Assembly: GCA_043228905.1 (NCBI GenBank)
Contig: JBHGNT010000002.1
Span: 17,298,001-17,362,000 of the forward strand
DNA: 64,000 nucleotides
Source of the DNA: Azolla caroliniana
Taxonomy: Eukaryota; Plantae; Polypodiophyta
Reading direction: 5' to 3'
The notes beneath the pieces are model-generated. The model did no database searches, was not told the DNA's origin, and worked only from the letters and a program-made list of their open reading frames with translations. Of the stretch, positions 10,550-22,180 are shown one piece after another. The translations under genes and the position numbers were made by a program. The first letter of the stretch is position 1, and each line of letters begins with the position of its first letter.

Positions 10550-13039
10550 CTGCCGGACCGGGAAGTAAACAAGGACTTTGGTTCCATCAGCATAAGTCCG
10601 GGTAATTCGACCCACATCGTAGTGCCGCTTCTGACGTTGTTGTGCGACTTGTAGATTTCGGGAGCTGGCTTGTCGAAGGAGGGGGAGCAGTTTTTGGAGA
10701 TAGAGCCCCCAAGTGGCACTATCCATGTTGGCGGGTTTGGAATGGACGTCAATGGCCGATTCTGTTGGGAACTGAGGGTCGCGCCCATAGAGTGCTCGAA
10801 AAGGGCTGATCTGTGTTGATGCCTGTACTGATGTATTGTAGGCGTGGGTGACAAAAGGCAAGATTTGATCCCAAGTTTTGTGGTATTGATCGATGTAAGC
10901 GGCAATCTCCTGCTTGAGGGTCTTGTTGAGGCGTTCGGTGAGGCCATTTGTTTGCGGATGGTACGGGGACGTAAACACTTGTTGGACACCTAGTTGAGTT
11001 GTGACAACATTGAGACATCCCCATGGAATTGGTGGTCCTGATCAGATAAGCGTTGGACATGGCAACCATGCTGAAAAATTACCTTTTGCAAGAGTTGGGA
11101 GGCAATTGTTGGCGCAGTGACGTCAGGGATGGCAACAGTTTCAGCCCACCAGGTGAGGTATTCTGTTATAACCAGGATATACCTATTGCTCCTCGAGGTT
11201 TCGGGAAAAGGTCCCATGAAATCCCATCCGTCCAGTTCAAAAGGTGACGTGACGGTGATGGGCTGGAGCGTTCCAGTTGGCTTGCCCGCAGGTTTGATGT
11301 GTTGACACAAAGCACATTGTTTGATGTAGGTAGAGATAGAGCGTCGCATGTTGGGCCAGTAATACTTGAGGCGTAATTTTTCGAGAACCTAATGGAAACC
11401 CAAATGGCCCGACAATGGGTGGTTGTGATAAAATTGGAGCTACGTTTGTTGTAGAGAATGAGGGATGTAGAGACGAGGCTCGTGATGCGCTTGAATGAAG
11501 AACACCAAGTTATCGCAGAGCATGAACCGCCGTTGTGAGGGAAACGGTTAGAGGGAGCGCAATTGATGGGTTATCTCTTGGATGGCGGGGTCGTGTTGCT
11601 GAAGTGTAGCGAGTTGTGGCAATGGTAGCGGAAGATCGGATGTCTCAAGGAGAAATTGGACAGCTTGGAAGTCGGCGTGAGAGAGACTATCAGTGACCAA
11701 ATTGGTTGCACCTTTTCGATAGGAGAGGGTAAACTGATAATGTTGGAGTGCCAACGTCCATCGCAAAAAGTGGCTCGGGGGGTGAGGTCAATGGATAAGA
11801 GAAAACAAGGGCTGGTGGTCAGTCTCAACTGTAACCTGTCCAACATCAACGTATGGGTGAAGACGATGGAATGACCAGACGATCGCAAGTAGCTCCTTCT
11901 CGGTGGCTGAGTAGTTGCGTTCAATCGGCGTGAGAGTGCGACTAATGAAGGTGACCACCTTTTCTTGCCGGTGGCAATCGGCTTGCAAGAGGACGGCTCC
12001 TAACCCATGGTTTGATGCGTCTGTCTGCACGTGAACTGTTGGTCAAAGTTAGGATGGGTGAGCAACCCCGATTCCTGGTACATGGTTTTGAGGCGACGAA
12101 AGCTATCTTCGCAAGCAGGATCCCAAATGAATGGCACACCTTTCTTCAAGAGTTGGCAAAGGGGAAAAGTGACCAAGGTGAGGTTCGGGATGAAGCGAAG
12201 GGAAAACGCGATCATGCCCAAAAAACGTTGCAATGATTTTATTGAGGTGGGCGGGGGTAGTCGGTGATTGCTGCCACCTTTGCAAGGTCCATACGGATTT
12301 CGTCGCCAGGGATGATGAAGCCGAGAAAACGGAGGTTGGTGATTCCCCATCGACACTTCTTCTATTGGAGATGCAAGTTATGCTTAGTTATACAAGCGAG
12401 GACTTCGGCGAGAGTTTGTAGTTGGTCCTCCCAAGTGGCCCTGTGGATAAGAATTTGATCGAGATAAACGAGGAGGACACCTTTGTTAATAAGGGTGGCG
12501 AAGATGGAGTTTGCCATGCGTTGGAATATGCTGCCGGCATCCGACAGGCCGAACGGCATGCGTGTGAATTGGAATAGCCTGTGACGTGTGCGGAATGCGG
12601 TCTTGTAGGCGTCAGAAGGCTTTAGGGGGATCTGCCAATATCTCGTGGCTAAGTCTAGGGAGGTGAAATAACAGGAGCCACTGATTTGATCCAAGAGGTC
12701 ATCCACGCAAGGGAGCGGGTAGAGGTCATGGATAGTCACTTTGTTGAGGGGCTTGAAGTCGATGCAAAAGCGGAAGGTGCCATCATCCTTCTTGACTAGG
12801 TGGGGTTCCGAAACCCAATTGCTGGTGGAAGGAATGATAATACCTTTGGTGAGAATGTTGGTGAAGACAACATCGATGCGATCGTGGTCGAGGGGGGAAC
12901 GTCGGTGGGTAGCCATGCGGATCGGAGTGGCTTCCTCGATACGAATGACATGTTGTACTGAGAAAGAGATAGTAGGAGCATGTGCGGGTTGTAGGGTTAG
13001 TGACGGAAAACGAGCTAATAATTGGTGGATGGAGACCAA
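10550..13039 (-). pseudogene. pol of element A (RT-RNase H-integrase), frameshifted, integrase truncated at the C-terminus
   Basis: ORF pieces 12362-13039, 11788-12030, 11548-11766, 10990-11349 and 10442-10978 carry successive RT/RH/INT motifs in different frames. Confidence 0.88.
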
Positions 13040-13060
13040 TCGCTCCTATGGACTAAGGGC

Positions 13061-13487
13061 TGTCAAGAATAGTACTGAGACAGAGAAGAAATTAGTACTA
13101 AGAGAGGAATATTAGTACTAAGAGGAATAGAGGGTGTAGAACACTTGAGAGAAGGAGAGAGAGTGTGTGTGAGAGATCGAGGGAGAGGAAATGATGATGA
13201 CAACGATATACTATGTGAGAAGAATATACAAGGAAGGCAAGGAGGTTTAAGACTCACGTTGAACCGATTTGGTTCAAAATAATGCCTTGTGCCTTCTTTT
13301 ATCGTGTTCTCAGGAGTAGTCCTGAAGCTTCTAGAATGTTCCAGAGAAATCTGGAATATACATTAATTTTCTATAGTAAAACTTAAATAAAAATAATATT
13401 TTACGTATTACAATAGAGAGTGTAATGGTCAAGAGCTCGACCTATGTAACATAAGGTTGTGGGTTGGAGTCTTGCCATATCATGACA
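13061..13487 (-). repeat. 3' LTR of chromovirus B
   Basis: TGTCA...TGACA termini; direct repeat of 29530-29962; adjacent PPT tttaaaggggagatag on - strand. Confidence 0.9.
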
Positions 13488-15578
13488 CTATCTCCCCTTT
13501 AAAACAACGAGTGTCACGAGTCGTTTTGGATTGAGGACCCGGTTTATCTGAATATTGACAATGGAAGTCTTTAAGAAGAGCACGAGCATTGGTCACATTC
13601 TTTATTGGTTCTCAAGTATGCTCACTGGGACTGTATCCTAGCCAATCGACTAAATAGTAGATCTTGTTGCGAACAATCTTGGAATTGAGGATGACGACAA
13701 CCTCGTACTCAAGTCGATCTTCAAGTTCGATCGGGGGTGGAGGTTGTGGAATACGTCCTGGGATGGTGCTATCTTGATAGGGTTCGAGAAGAGAACTATG
13801 AAACACTGGATGTATGCGAAGTTGTGGGGGTAGATCGAGATGAAAAGCGACATCATTAATCTTTCCGATAATACGGAAAGGACCTAATCGCCAATAATCC
13901 AACTTCTCGCATGGGCGAGTAGTCTTGATGTGTCGTCATAGTAGTCATACCACCCGATCTCCAATATTAAAATTGTATGTAAGCCGATGAAAATCCGCGT
14001 AAACCTTGTGTGTTTGTTGAGCTTGTTGTAGATGAGTAGATAAATCTACTTGTATCTTGCATAACCGCTCCAAACGATCCTCTGTGCAAGGATTTGTGGG
14101 TAACTCTGGGGTTTCAAATACACACCATCGGGGGTGACAACCCGTATAACCATAAAATGGCGTAACTTTAGTCGATGAGTGGACAAAGTTATTATAAGAA
14201 AATTCGGTGAAGTGGAGAATATAAACCCAGTCATTCTGATGATAGCTTAGAAAGCACCGAAGATACTGCTCCAATGTTTGATTTGTTCGTTCTGCTTGGC
14301 CGTCGGTTTGGGGGTGGTAGTTGGAGGAGAGGTTACAAGTGACCTTGAGCATTTTAAAAAGGTGCTTCCAGAATTTCGAGATGAATTGGGGTCCATGGTC
14401 GCTGATGATATTATCAGGAAGGCCATGATGCCGACATACTTCACGCATGACAATTTCGGCGATTTCTTCATTGGAGATTTCCTTAGTTCATGGCAAGAAA
14501 TGAGCCATCTTCATATATTGATCTACTATTGTTAAAATCACATTGAATCCCTTAGAGACTGGAAGATCTATGATGAAATCTAGAGCAATGGATTGCCGCG
14601 GCTAGCTTGGAATTGGTAATGGTTCTAATAAACCATATGGATGATGCCTTGGCATTTTTGCTCTACAACATGTATCACAAGTCCGAACAAAATCTTCGAG
14701 AAATTGTCGCATACAAGGCCACTAGAATGATTGTTGTACTAAATCTAATGTCTTAGTACTACCAAAATGCCTAGCTGTATATGTGTCATGACAGTTTTGG
14801 ACTACTCGAAAGCGGCAAGAACCATTAGGAACATACAAGAGTTTCTCAAAGAATAGTAACGTTTAGGGTTTATTGTCATGGTGGATAAGCCATAGGATGT
14901 AGCTTTTTGGCGGTGTCAAACTTGCGTGAGTGGAAAGCCGTACGATGTAGCTTTTCATCATTACCTTGTTGTGACAGAATGCTACCCAATGCGAAATCCG
15001 ACGCGTCCGCTTCCATGATGAATGGTTTTTCCAGATCAACGTGAGTTAGTCTTCCATTCATCTCCTGGTCGGATCCGTATGAGGTTATATGTGTTGAGAA
15101 TCGACGCTCCGATTCACCTTCACCTCTCGGCCACAACCAAGGAAACACACGAATCGTTGTTGCAGAAAATGGGAAATACAGAGAAAGACACGATAACACA
15201 GGGATTAACGTGGAAAACCCTATACGGGAAAAACCACGGGAGTGCAAGACTCCAAACCAAAACTATGCATAGAGAAATATACAATGGCGAGCTGCAAGGC
15301 GACGACCCTGAGCTCGCTATCCTCGCCACAGGCGGCGGTATTACACAGAGGCGTCGACCTCTTCCTCTCTCACGCTCTATCTCTCTCACGGCTGCTCTCT
15401 CTTCACTCCTCTTGAGTGGAAAAACAGAAAAATGAGTAGCAACATAAAACTGTTTGCCCTAAGTCATATTTATACACATATGACTTTCGGACTATTTACA
15501 CATATAGCCTCAAGGGCCCTTGGCAAACATATTTATAAATATGTCCCCGCATCCGGATCTCTCTCCGGGTACATTCAT

Positions 15579-15735
15579 CATCCGGCTCCGTAGCCGGGGT
15601 CATCGTCATCCGGCTCCGTAGCCGGGGTCATCGTCATCCGGCTCCGTAGCCGGGGTCATCGTCATCCGGCTCCGTAGCCGGGGTCTTCGTCATCCGGCTC
15701 CGTAGCCGGGTCTTCGTCATCCGGCTCCGTAACCG
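15579..15735. repeat. 27-28-bp tandem array in U3 of the copia C 3' LTR (5 full units plus a partial)
   Basis: Unit catccggctccgtagccggggtc(a/t)tcgt. Confidence 0.92.
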
Positions 15736-15806
15736 CAACCAGGCTTGCCGTCATTCATCTCCGGACATCCCATCCGGAGGGACCGAAATCCCAACAAACT
15801 CCCCCT

Positions 15807-18800
15807 TCACTTCGGCATGGGATGTCTCTCCAATCCGATCCTCTTCCGGCATGCTTCCAGCTTGTCGGGTGTGAGCACCTTGGTCAGCATATCCGACCCG
15901 TTCTCGTCCGTGTGGATCTTCGTCAGCACGAACTCCTTGTCTTCTATCCTTTCCCGGATCCAGTGGTATCTACGCTGGATGTGTTTCGTCCGGGAATGAT
16001 AGGCCGCGTTCTTTGCAAGGTGGATGGCACTCTGACTATCGCAGTAGAGTCGGTACTCCTCCTGCCGGATCTCGAGCTCTCTAATGAAGTCCTTCATCCA
16101 TATTATTTCCTTGCCGGCTTCAACAGCCGCCATGTACTCCGCCTCCGTGGTTGACAACGCAACCGTCTTCTGTAGCCTCGACTGCCACGAAACAGCTCCC
16201 CCTGCATACGTCATCACATACCCTGATGTGGACCGGCTGGTATCTGCATCAGCCGACATATCCGAATCGGTAAAGCCGTCAAGTTCGGGCTTACCGGAGC
16301 CGAATCGGAGGCACACGTTTGCCGTGCCCTTCAGGTATCGGAGTATCCACTTGACCGCGTTCCAGTGCTCTTTGCCAGGATTGCTCATGTACCGGCTCAC
16401 CACAGAGCCTTCTTTAGCATTCGTATCTTGACCTGGTCCCATCCGACGATCAACATGTCGTCCACGTATAGGAGGAGTATTAGAGAGTCTCCTCCGTCGA
16501 ACTTCTTCACAAACACGCAGTGGTCGGACTGCGTTTTGTGGTACCCTTCATCGGTCATGAAGGAGTCAAACTTTCGGTACCACTGCCGGGGAGCCTGCTT
16601 CAAACCATAAAGGCTCTTCTTCAACCGGCATACCAAGTGCTCCTTCTCTTTCTTCTTGAATCCTTCCGGTTGCTGCATGTATATCTCTTCTTCGAGGTCA
16701 CCGTGAAGGAATGCCGTCTTCACGTCCATCTGTTCTACCTCGAGGTCCATGCTTGCCGCTATGCTCAGCACCGTCCGGATGGAGGTCATCTTCACTACCG
16801 GGGCAAATATCTCGTCGAAGTCGACGCCCTTCTTCTGATGGAACCCCTTCACCACGATCCTGGCTTTGTATCTCGGGGGGTTTCCGGCATCTCCCGGTTT
16901 CAGCTTGAACACCCACTTGTTACGGAGTGCCCGTTTTCCTTTCGGCAACTCCACAAGTTCATATGTGTGGTTCTCATGCAGGGAATCCATCTCCTCCTGC
17001 ATGGCACTTAGCCACCTGCGGCTATGGGTGTCATGCTTCGCTTCTTCAAAGCTCTCCGGCTCCCCCTCGTCGGTTAGCAGCACGTGCTCTGGTTCCGGAA
17101 ATCTCCGGGGGGCCCTTCTCTCTCTTAGAGGATATCTCCGTTCCGGAGCTTCGGTAACCGGTTCTTCCGATTCTTCTTCATCCGAATCCATTTCGGGATC
17201 GGGGCCGGTTCCGGTATCATTTTCATCTTCTTCGGCCGGTTCTGTTTCTTCACCGTCTTCGGCCGGATCTTCGAGTGTTAACCGGTCCCTTGCCGGTCGG
17301 GACTGCTCCTCGTAGAGTTGATCCTCACCGGTCGACTTGGAGCTCTTCATCTTCTTCTCCGACTCCCAGTCGGCGAGTGTCTTGTCCTCCATGAAGATGA
17401 TGTCTCGACTCCTGAATATCTTCTTGTCGACCGGGTCCCATACTCGGTAGCCGAACTCGTCGTCGCCGTAACCGAGGAATATGCATGGCCGGGTCTTTGG
17501 ATCTAGCTTTCCTCTCCGGTCCTTTGCCACATGCACGTATGCGAGACACCCGAACACCTTCAGATGCCGGTAGGACACTTCCCTACCGGTCCACACTCTC
17601 TGCGGCGTGTCTCCGTCCAAAGGTACTGAGGGTGATCTGTTAATCACGTATGTCGCCGTCGACATTGCCTCAGCCCAAAACCCCTTGGGTAATTTCGCAT
17701 GCGCCAGCATACTCCAGACCCTCTCCATTATGGTTCGGTTCATCCTCTCGGCCAACCCGTTCAGTTCCGGCGTCTTCGGACTGTAAACTCGAGCCGGATT
17801 CCCTTCGAACGGCAATACTCCTCAAATTGCCCTCGGTATTCTCCTCCGTTATCCGCTCGTATCGCTTTCAGCTTCTTGCCGGATTCCCTTTCCACTCTCG
17901 CGTGGAGTTCTTTGAAGACGGACAACACTTGGTCCTTTGTCTTCAACGGTGCCGTCCACAGCTTCCGGCTGTGGTCATCTATGAATGTTACGAAGTACTG
18001 GGCTCCGCCATGTGACTTCGTTTCTATCTGACACACATCAGTGTGCACCAACTCCAATGGTGCGCTACGTCTCGTCGGTGGCCTTGAGTGGAAAGAGGTT
18101 CGGTTCTGCTTACCGGCCAGGCAATCAGTGCACTTCTCCAGGTGCACATGCTTCATTGGAATGAGGTTGTCATCTGCAAGCCTCTTCATCCCCTTCTCAC
18201 TCATGTGGCACAGTCTCTTGTGCCACAGCTCACCGGCAGTGTCGGCTGCCACGTTCAGCTCTTCCGGACATAACCGGGCATTCATCAGGTACAACGTGTT
18301 AACTTTCCGGGCCCGAGCCACTATCAGACTCCCCTTGCTGAACTTCATTACGCCGTTCCGGATGCTACCTGTGTAGCCTTCATCATCTAGCCTCCCGGCC
18401 GAAATCAGGTTCAATCGAACCTCCGGAACGTGTCGGACATCCTTCAGCAGCATTTTGCATCCGGTCGAGGTTGTTAACCACACGTCTCCTATGCCGGCAA
18501 TCCGGCACGTACCTTCATTTCCCATCCGAACACAGCCATGCTCACCGACTGTGTAGGATGAGAAGTATCTTCTCTCCGGGGTCAGGTGGAACGATGCTCC
18601 GGAATCGACCACCCAGGTCGTCTCATCGCCGGCAATGTTTAGTTCACCTTCTTCGGTGATGAGTATGATCTCCTCTTCACTTGCCGCGAGTGCCGTCGTT
18701 CCTTTCCGGTCCTGCCCTCGCCGATCCGGACCTCTCCGGTCTGTGGCTCCCCGGTATGCACCGTTTCTCTCCGGTGACTTCTTCGAATTGGTGTCGTCGG

Positions 18801-19563
18801 CTCCGTTGTCCTTTCGGTAATGCCGACAATTCTTCCGGAAGTGCCCCGGCTTCCCACAGTGGAAGCATGTGGGTCTTCCTCTTGACTGCGACCGGGTCCC
18901 CGACTTCTCCCGTCTTTGCGGACTCCGGTTCCATTGTCTTCCCCGTTCCGATTCGGTAAGCAGCGCCTTCGAGTCGGAGGCCGGTTCTTTATCTCTCCGA
19001 CGCGCTTCTTCGTTCAAAATACTTGTCTTTACCGTTTGTAGGGACAAGTTATCTTCGGTGCAGGAGGTGCTGAGAGTCACCACCAGGTTCTCCCAGCTTT
19101 CCGGTAATGTACACATCAGGATGATGGCTTGCATTGCATCCTCCAACGGGAACTTGATCGCCGCAAGCTGGTTCACGAATCCCATGAACGTGCTTACGTG
19201 TTCCACCATACTCTCGCCGTCCCGGTACTTGAGGTTCACTATCTTCCTCATCAGGGAGGTCCGGTTCAACGCATTCTTCCTCTCGTAGAGGCCCGACAGC
19301 TTCCGCCACATCTCATATGCGTTGGTGTCGTTCGCCACATGTTGTAGAACGCTCACGTCGACGTATTGCCGAATGGTTGCAACGGCTTTCCGGTTCAGAA
19401 GCCTCCATTCCGACTCAAGTACCCCCTTCGGTATTTCCGACCTGTCAATCGGTTCGTACAGGTCCCGAACAATCAGAAGATCCTCCATCTTGATCTTCCA
19501 GTCGGCGTAATTCTGCGCATTCAGCACCATCATCCCCGGCTGCCCGCTGCCGCCGCCTTCCAT
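15807..19563 (-). pseudogene. gag-pol of copia C: 1-bp frameshift in integrase (~17780) and ~320-bp deletion in RT (~16401)
   Basis: Three ORF pieces (17761-19749, 16397-17815, 15807-16442) are colinear with the 1279-aa ORF of J. J 51291-51608 is missing in C. Confidence 0.92.
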
Positions 19564-20080
19564 TTTCTGCAGCAACTCGCTCTGATACCACTTTGTTGAG
19601 AATCGACGCTCCGATTCACCTTCACCTCTCGGCCACAACCAAGGAAACACACGAATCGTTGTTGCAGAAAATGGGAAATACAGAGAAAGACACGATAACA
19701 CAGGGATTAACGTGGAAAACCCTATACGGGAAAAACCACGGGAGTGCAAGACTCCAAACCAAAACTATGCACAGAGAAATATACAATGGCGAGCTGCAAG
19801 GCGACGACCCTGAGCTCGCTATCCTCGCCACAGGCGGCGGTATTACATAGAGGCGTCGACCTCTTCCTCTCTCACGCTCTATCTCTCTCACGGCTGCTCT
19901 CTCTTCACTCCTCTTGAGTGGAAAAACAGAAAAATGAGTAGCAACATAAAACTGTTTGCCCTAAGTCATATTTATACACATATGACTTTCGGACTATTTA
20001 CACATATAGCCTCAAGGGCCCTTGGCAAACATATTTATAAATATGTCCCCGCATCCGGATCTCTCTTCGGGTACATTCAT

Positions 20081-20265
20081 CATCCGGCTCCGTAGCCGGG
20101 GTCTTCGTCATCCGGCTCCGTAGCCGGGGTCATCGTCATCCGGCTCCGTAGCCGGGTCTTCGTCATCCGGCTCCGTAGCCGGGGGTCTTCGTCATCCGGC
20201 TCCGTAGCCGGGGTCATCGTCATCCGGCTCCGTAGCCGGGTCATCGTCATCCGGCTCCGTAACCG
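20081..20265. repeat. 27-29-bp tandem array in U3 of the copia C 5' LTR (6 full units plus a partial)
   Basis: Same unit as 15579-15735, with a different number and order of variants. Confidence 0.92.
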
Positions 20266-22180
20266 CAACCAGGCTTGCCGTCATTCATCTCCGGACATCC
20301 CATCCGGAGGGACCGAAATCCCAACAATATGGTCCCCGTAAGTCGATCATCGTGAAGAACCTTGCACCATTGATCCGTTCTAAAAGACTTGAGATAAGGG
20401 GAAGTGCATACCTATTTATGATGGTGACTTATTCAAGCCACAATAATCTACAATGAGACGAAGTGATCCATCCTTTTTCTTGACGAAGAAAATGGATGCA
20501 CCGGATGGAGATTTCGAATGCTGAATGAAACCATTTTCCAAATTCTCCTCTATATAGGCTCGAAGGACTTCTAGCTCGGTTGGTGAAAAATTGTAGATCG
20601 GTCCCCATGGTGGCTCTTTTCCCAGTTGTAAATCGATGGGGCAATCATACGGTCGATGGTGAGGAAGCGTATTGGCTTGTACTTTATCAAACACATCGGC
20701 ATAATGATGATACTTCTTTGGAAGTTGAATGGTGGACTCTATTGCGAAGAGAAACATTTCTTCCTTGCGTCCTTCTTCCCGCAATTGATGTAGCGAAATG
20801 GTTGCAATCTTATGAGTAGATCCTCGGGCTTGTCGATACCGGATTTCTCTTGTTCTCCAATCTATGTCTGGGTTATGCAATTCGAACCATGGTAATCCTA
20901 AAACAATGGGATGTTCTGGGATACTAATTATATTAAATGATACTACACACGCTAGATTATCTAGGACAATATTAACGGGCTCTGACTCTTCTACGATATT
21001 TACGGAAGCAATGGAACGACCATCAATGACTAATATAGAGGCTGGACATGGGAGTTTTCTGAGAGATATCTAATGAGCTTGGGCAAAATTCCTATCCATG
21101 AAGCAAGAATTGGCTCTAGAAACTAGAACTGCTAAGACATGTACTTGAGGGGTACTTTTAGTACTAACTATTACTTGGGCTACGAACACATTGCTAACTT
21201 GCTTAGAGGGAATGGAACCACTAATGGGCTGCACAGATCTAGGGTTGTCCAACCAAATGGCTTCTATTTTGGCTGGACTTAGTCGTTTAACTCTTCTTCT
21301 AACTGACTAAGGACATCAAATTTGTTCGCTAGATTTGGGCTATTAGTACTATTAGGACTATAAGATATTCCTATTGAAATAGACTCGGGTTTAGTACAAT
21401 TAGAACTAGCAACTATTTGGTTTACCTGTCTTCTTGGCATATGGGGAAAATTTACTGCAATATGCCCTGGTCCACTGTAATAAAGACATAGTTGATTTGC
21501 TCGACATCGCTACTTTTCTTCTTCCGATAATGGTCCACAACGACATGTAGTGTCAATCTCCATCGGAGTCGGAGTATTCACTGGAGATGCATTATATGAA
21601 TCCCTCGGAAAAGGTTTCGCTACCACTGCGGTGTAGGTGGGCTCTCATCTTGCCCTCCGCATCTGGAATTGCCATTCTGAACGTCGTTCGAAAAGGCGGT
21701 TGTCACATTTCACCGCACGACTGATTGCTTTTGTTAATGACTTTGGTTCATCAATGCTTGACATCCCAAGGGATATCGGCGGCCAGTAGGTAGAAATCTA
21801 CAGCGTATGCGGAGGCTGGACGATGAACTTGGCGTAATTGTCAGATTTTGTTGATTGTTGTCCTTATGTTGTCAGTATCTCCAAAACAGGCTTTAAACTC
21901 ACTTATAAATTCTTCAAAATTGTTTTAGTCATTGGAGATTCCTTTTCTAACAACGGAGCGAACCATGCCAATGTTGAGCCACTAAGTAGAGTGCCTACTA
22001 GTCCTACTCGTGATGCATCGGTGGGATATCGAGAAGGATGCATTTGAATCACTAAACGTACCTGATTTAGAAAACCTCTAAACTGTGATCGGGTCCCATC
22101 AAATTTTGTAGGAAGACCGATCTTAGGTTCTTTGTGAATCCCTTGAGTGCTTGATCCTTGTTGTTGTAGTGATACAATAG

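Larger units (their letters stand above)
15092..20326 (-). mobile_element. Ty1/copia element C (Tnt1/Tork-like) inserted in the RT of B
   Basis: LTRs 15092-15796 and 19594-20326. TSD ATATG. PBS tggtatcagagc (tRNA-iMet) 19579-19590. PPT next to 15797. gag-PR-INT-RT-RH order. Confidence 0.95.

Noticed and set aside
15579-15735. 28-bp hairpin-containing repeats resembling a CRISPR array
   Set aside because: The units are contiguous with no unique spacers, lie inside copia LTRs, and there are no cas genes.
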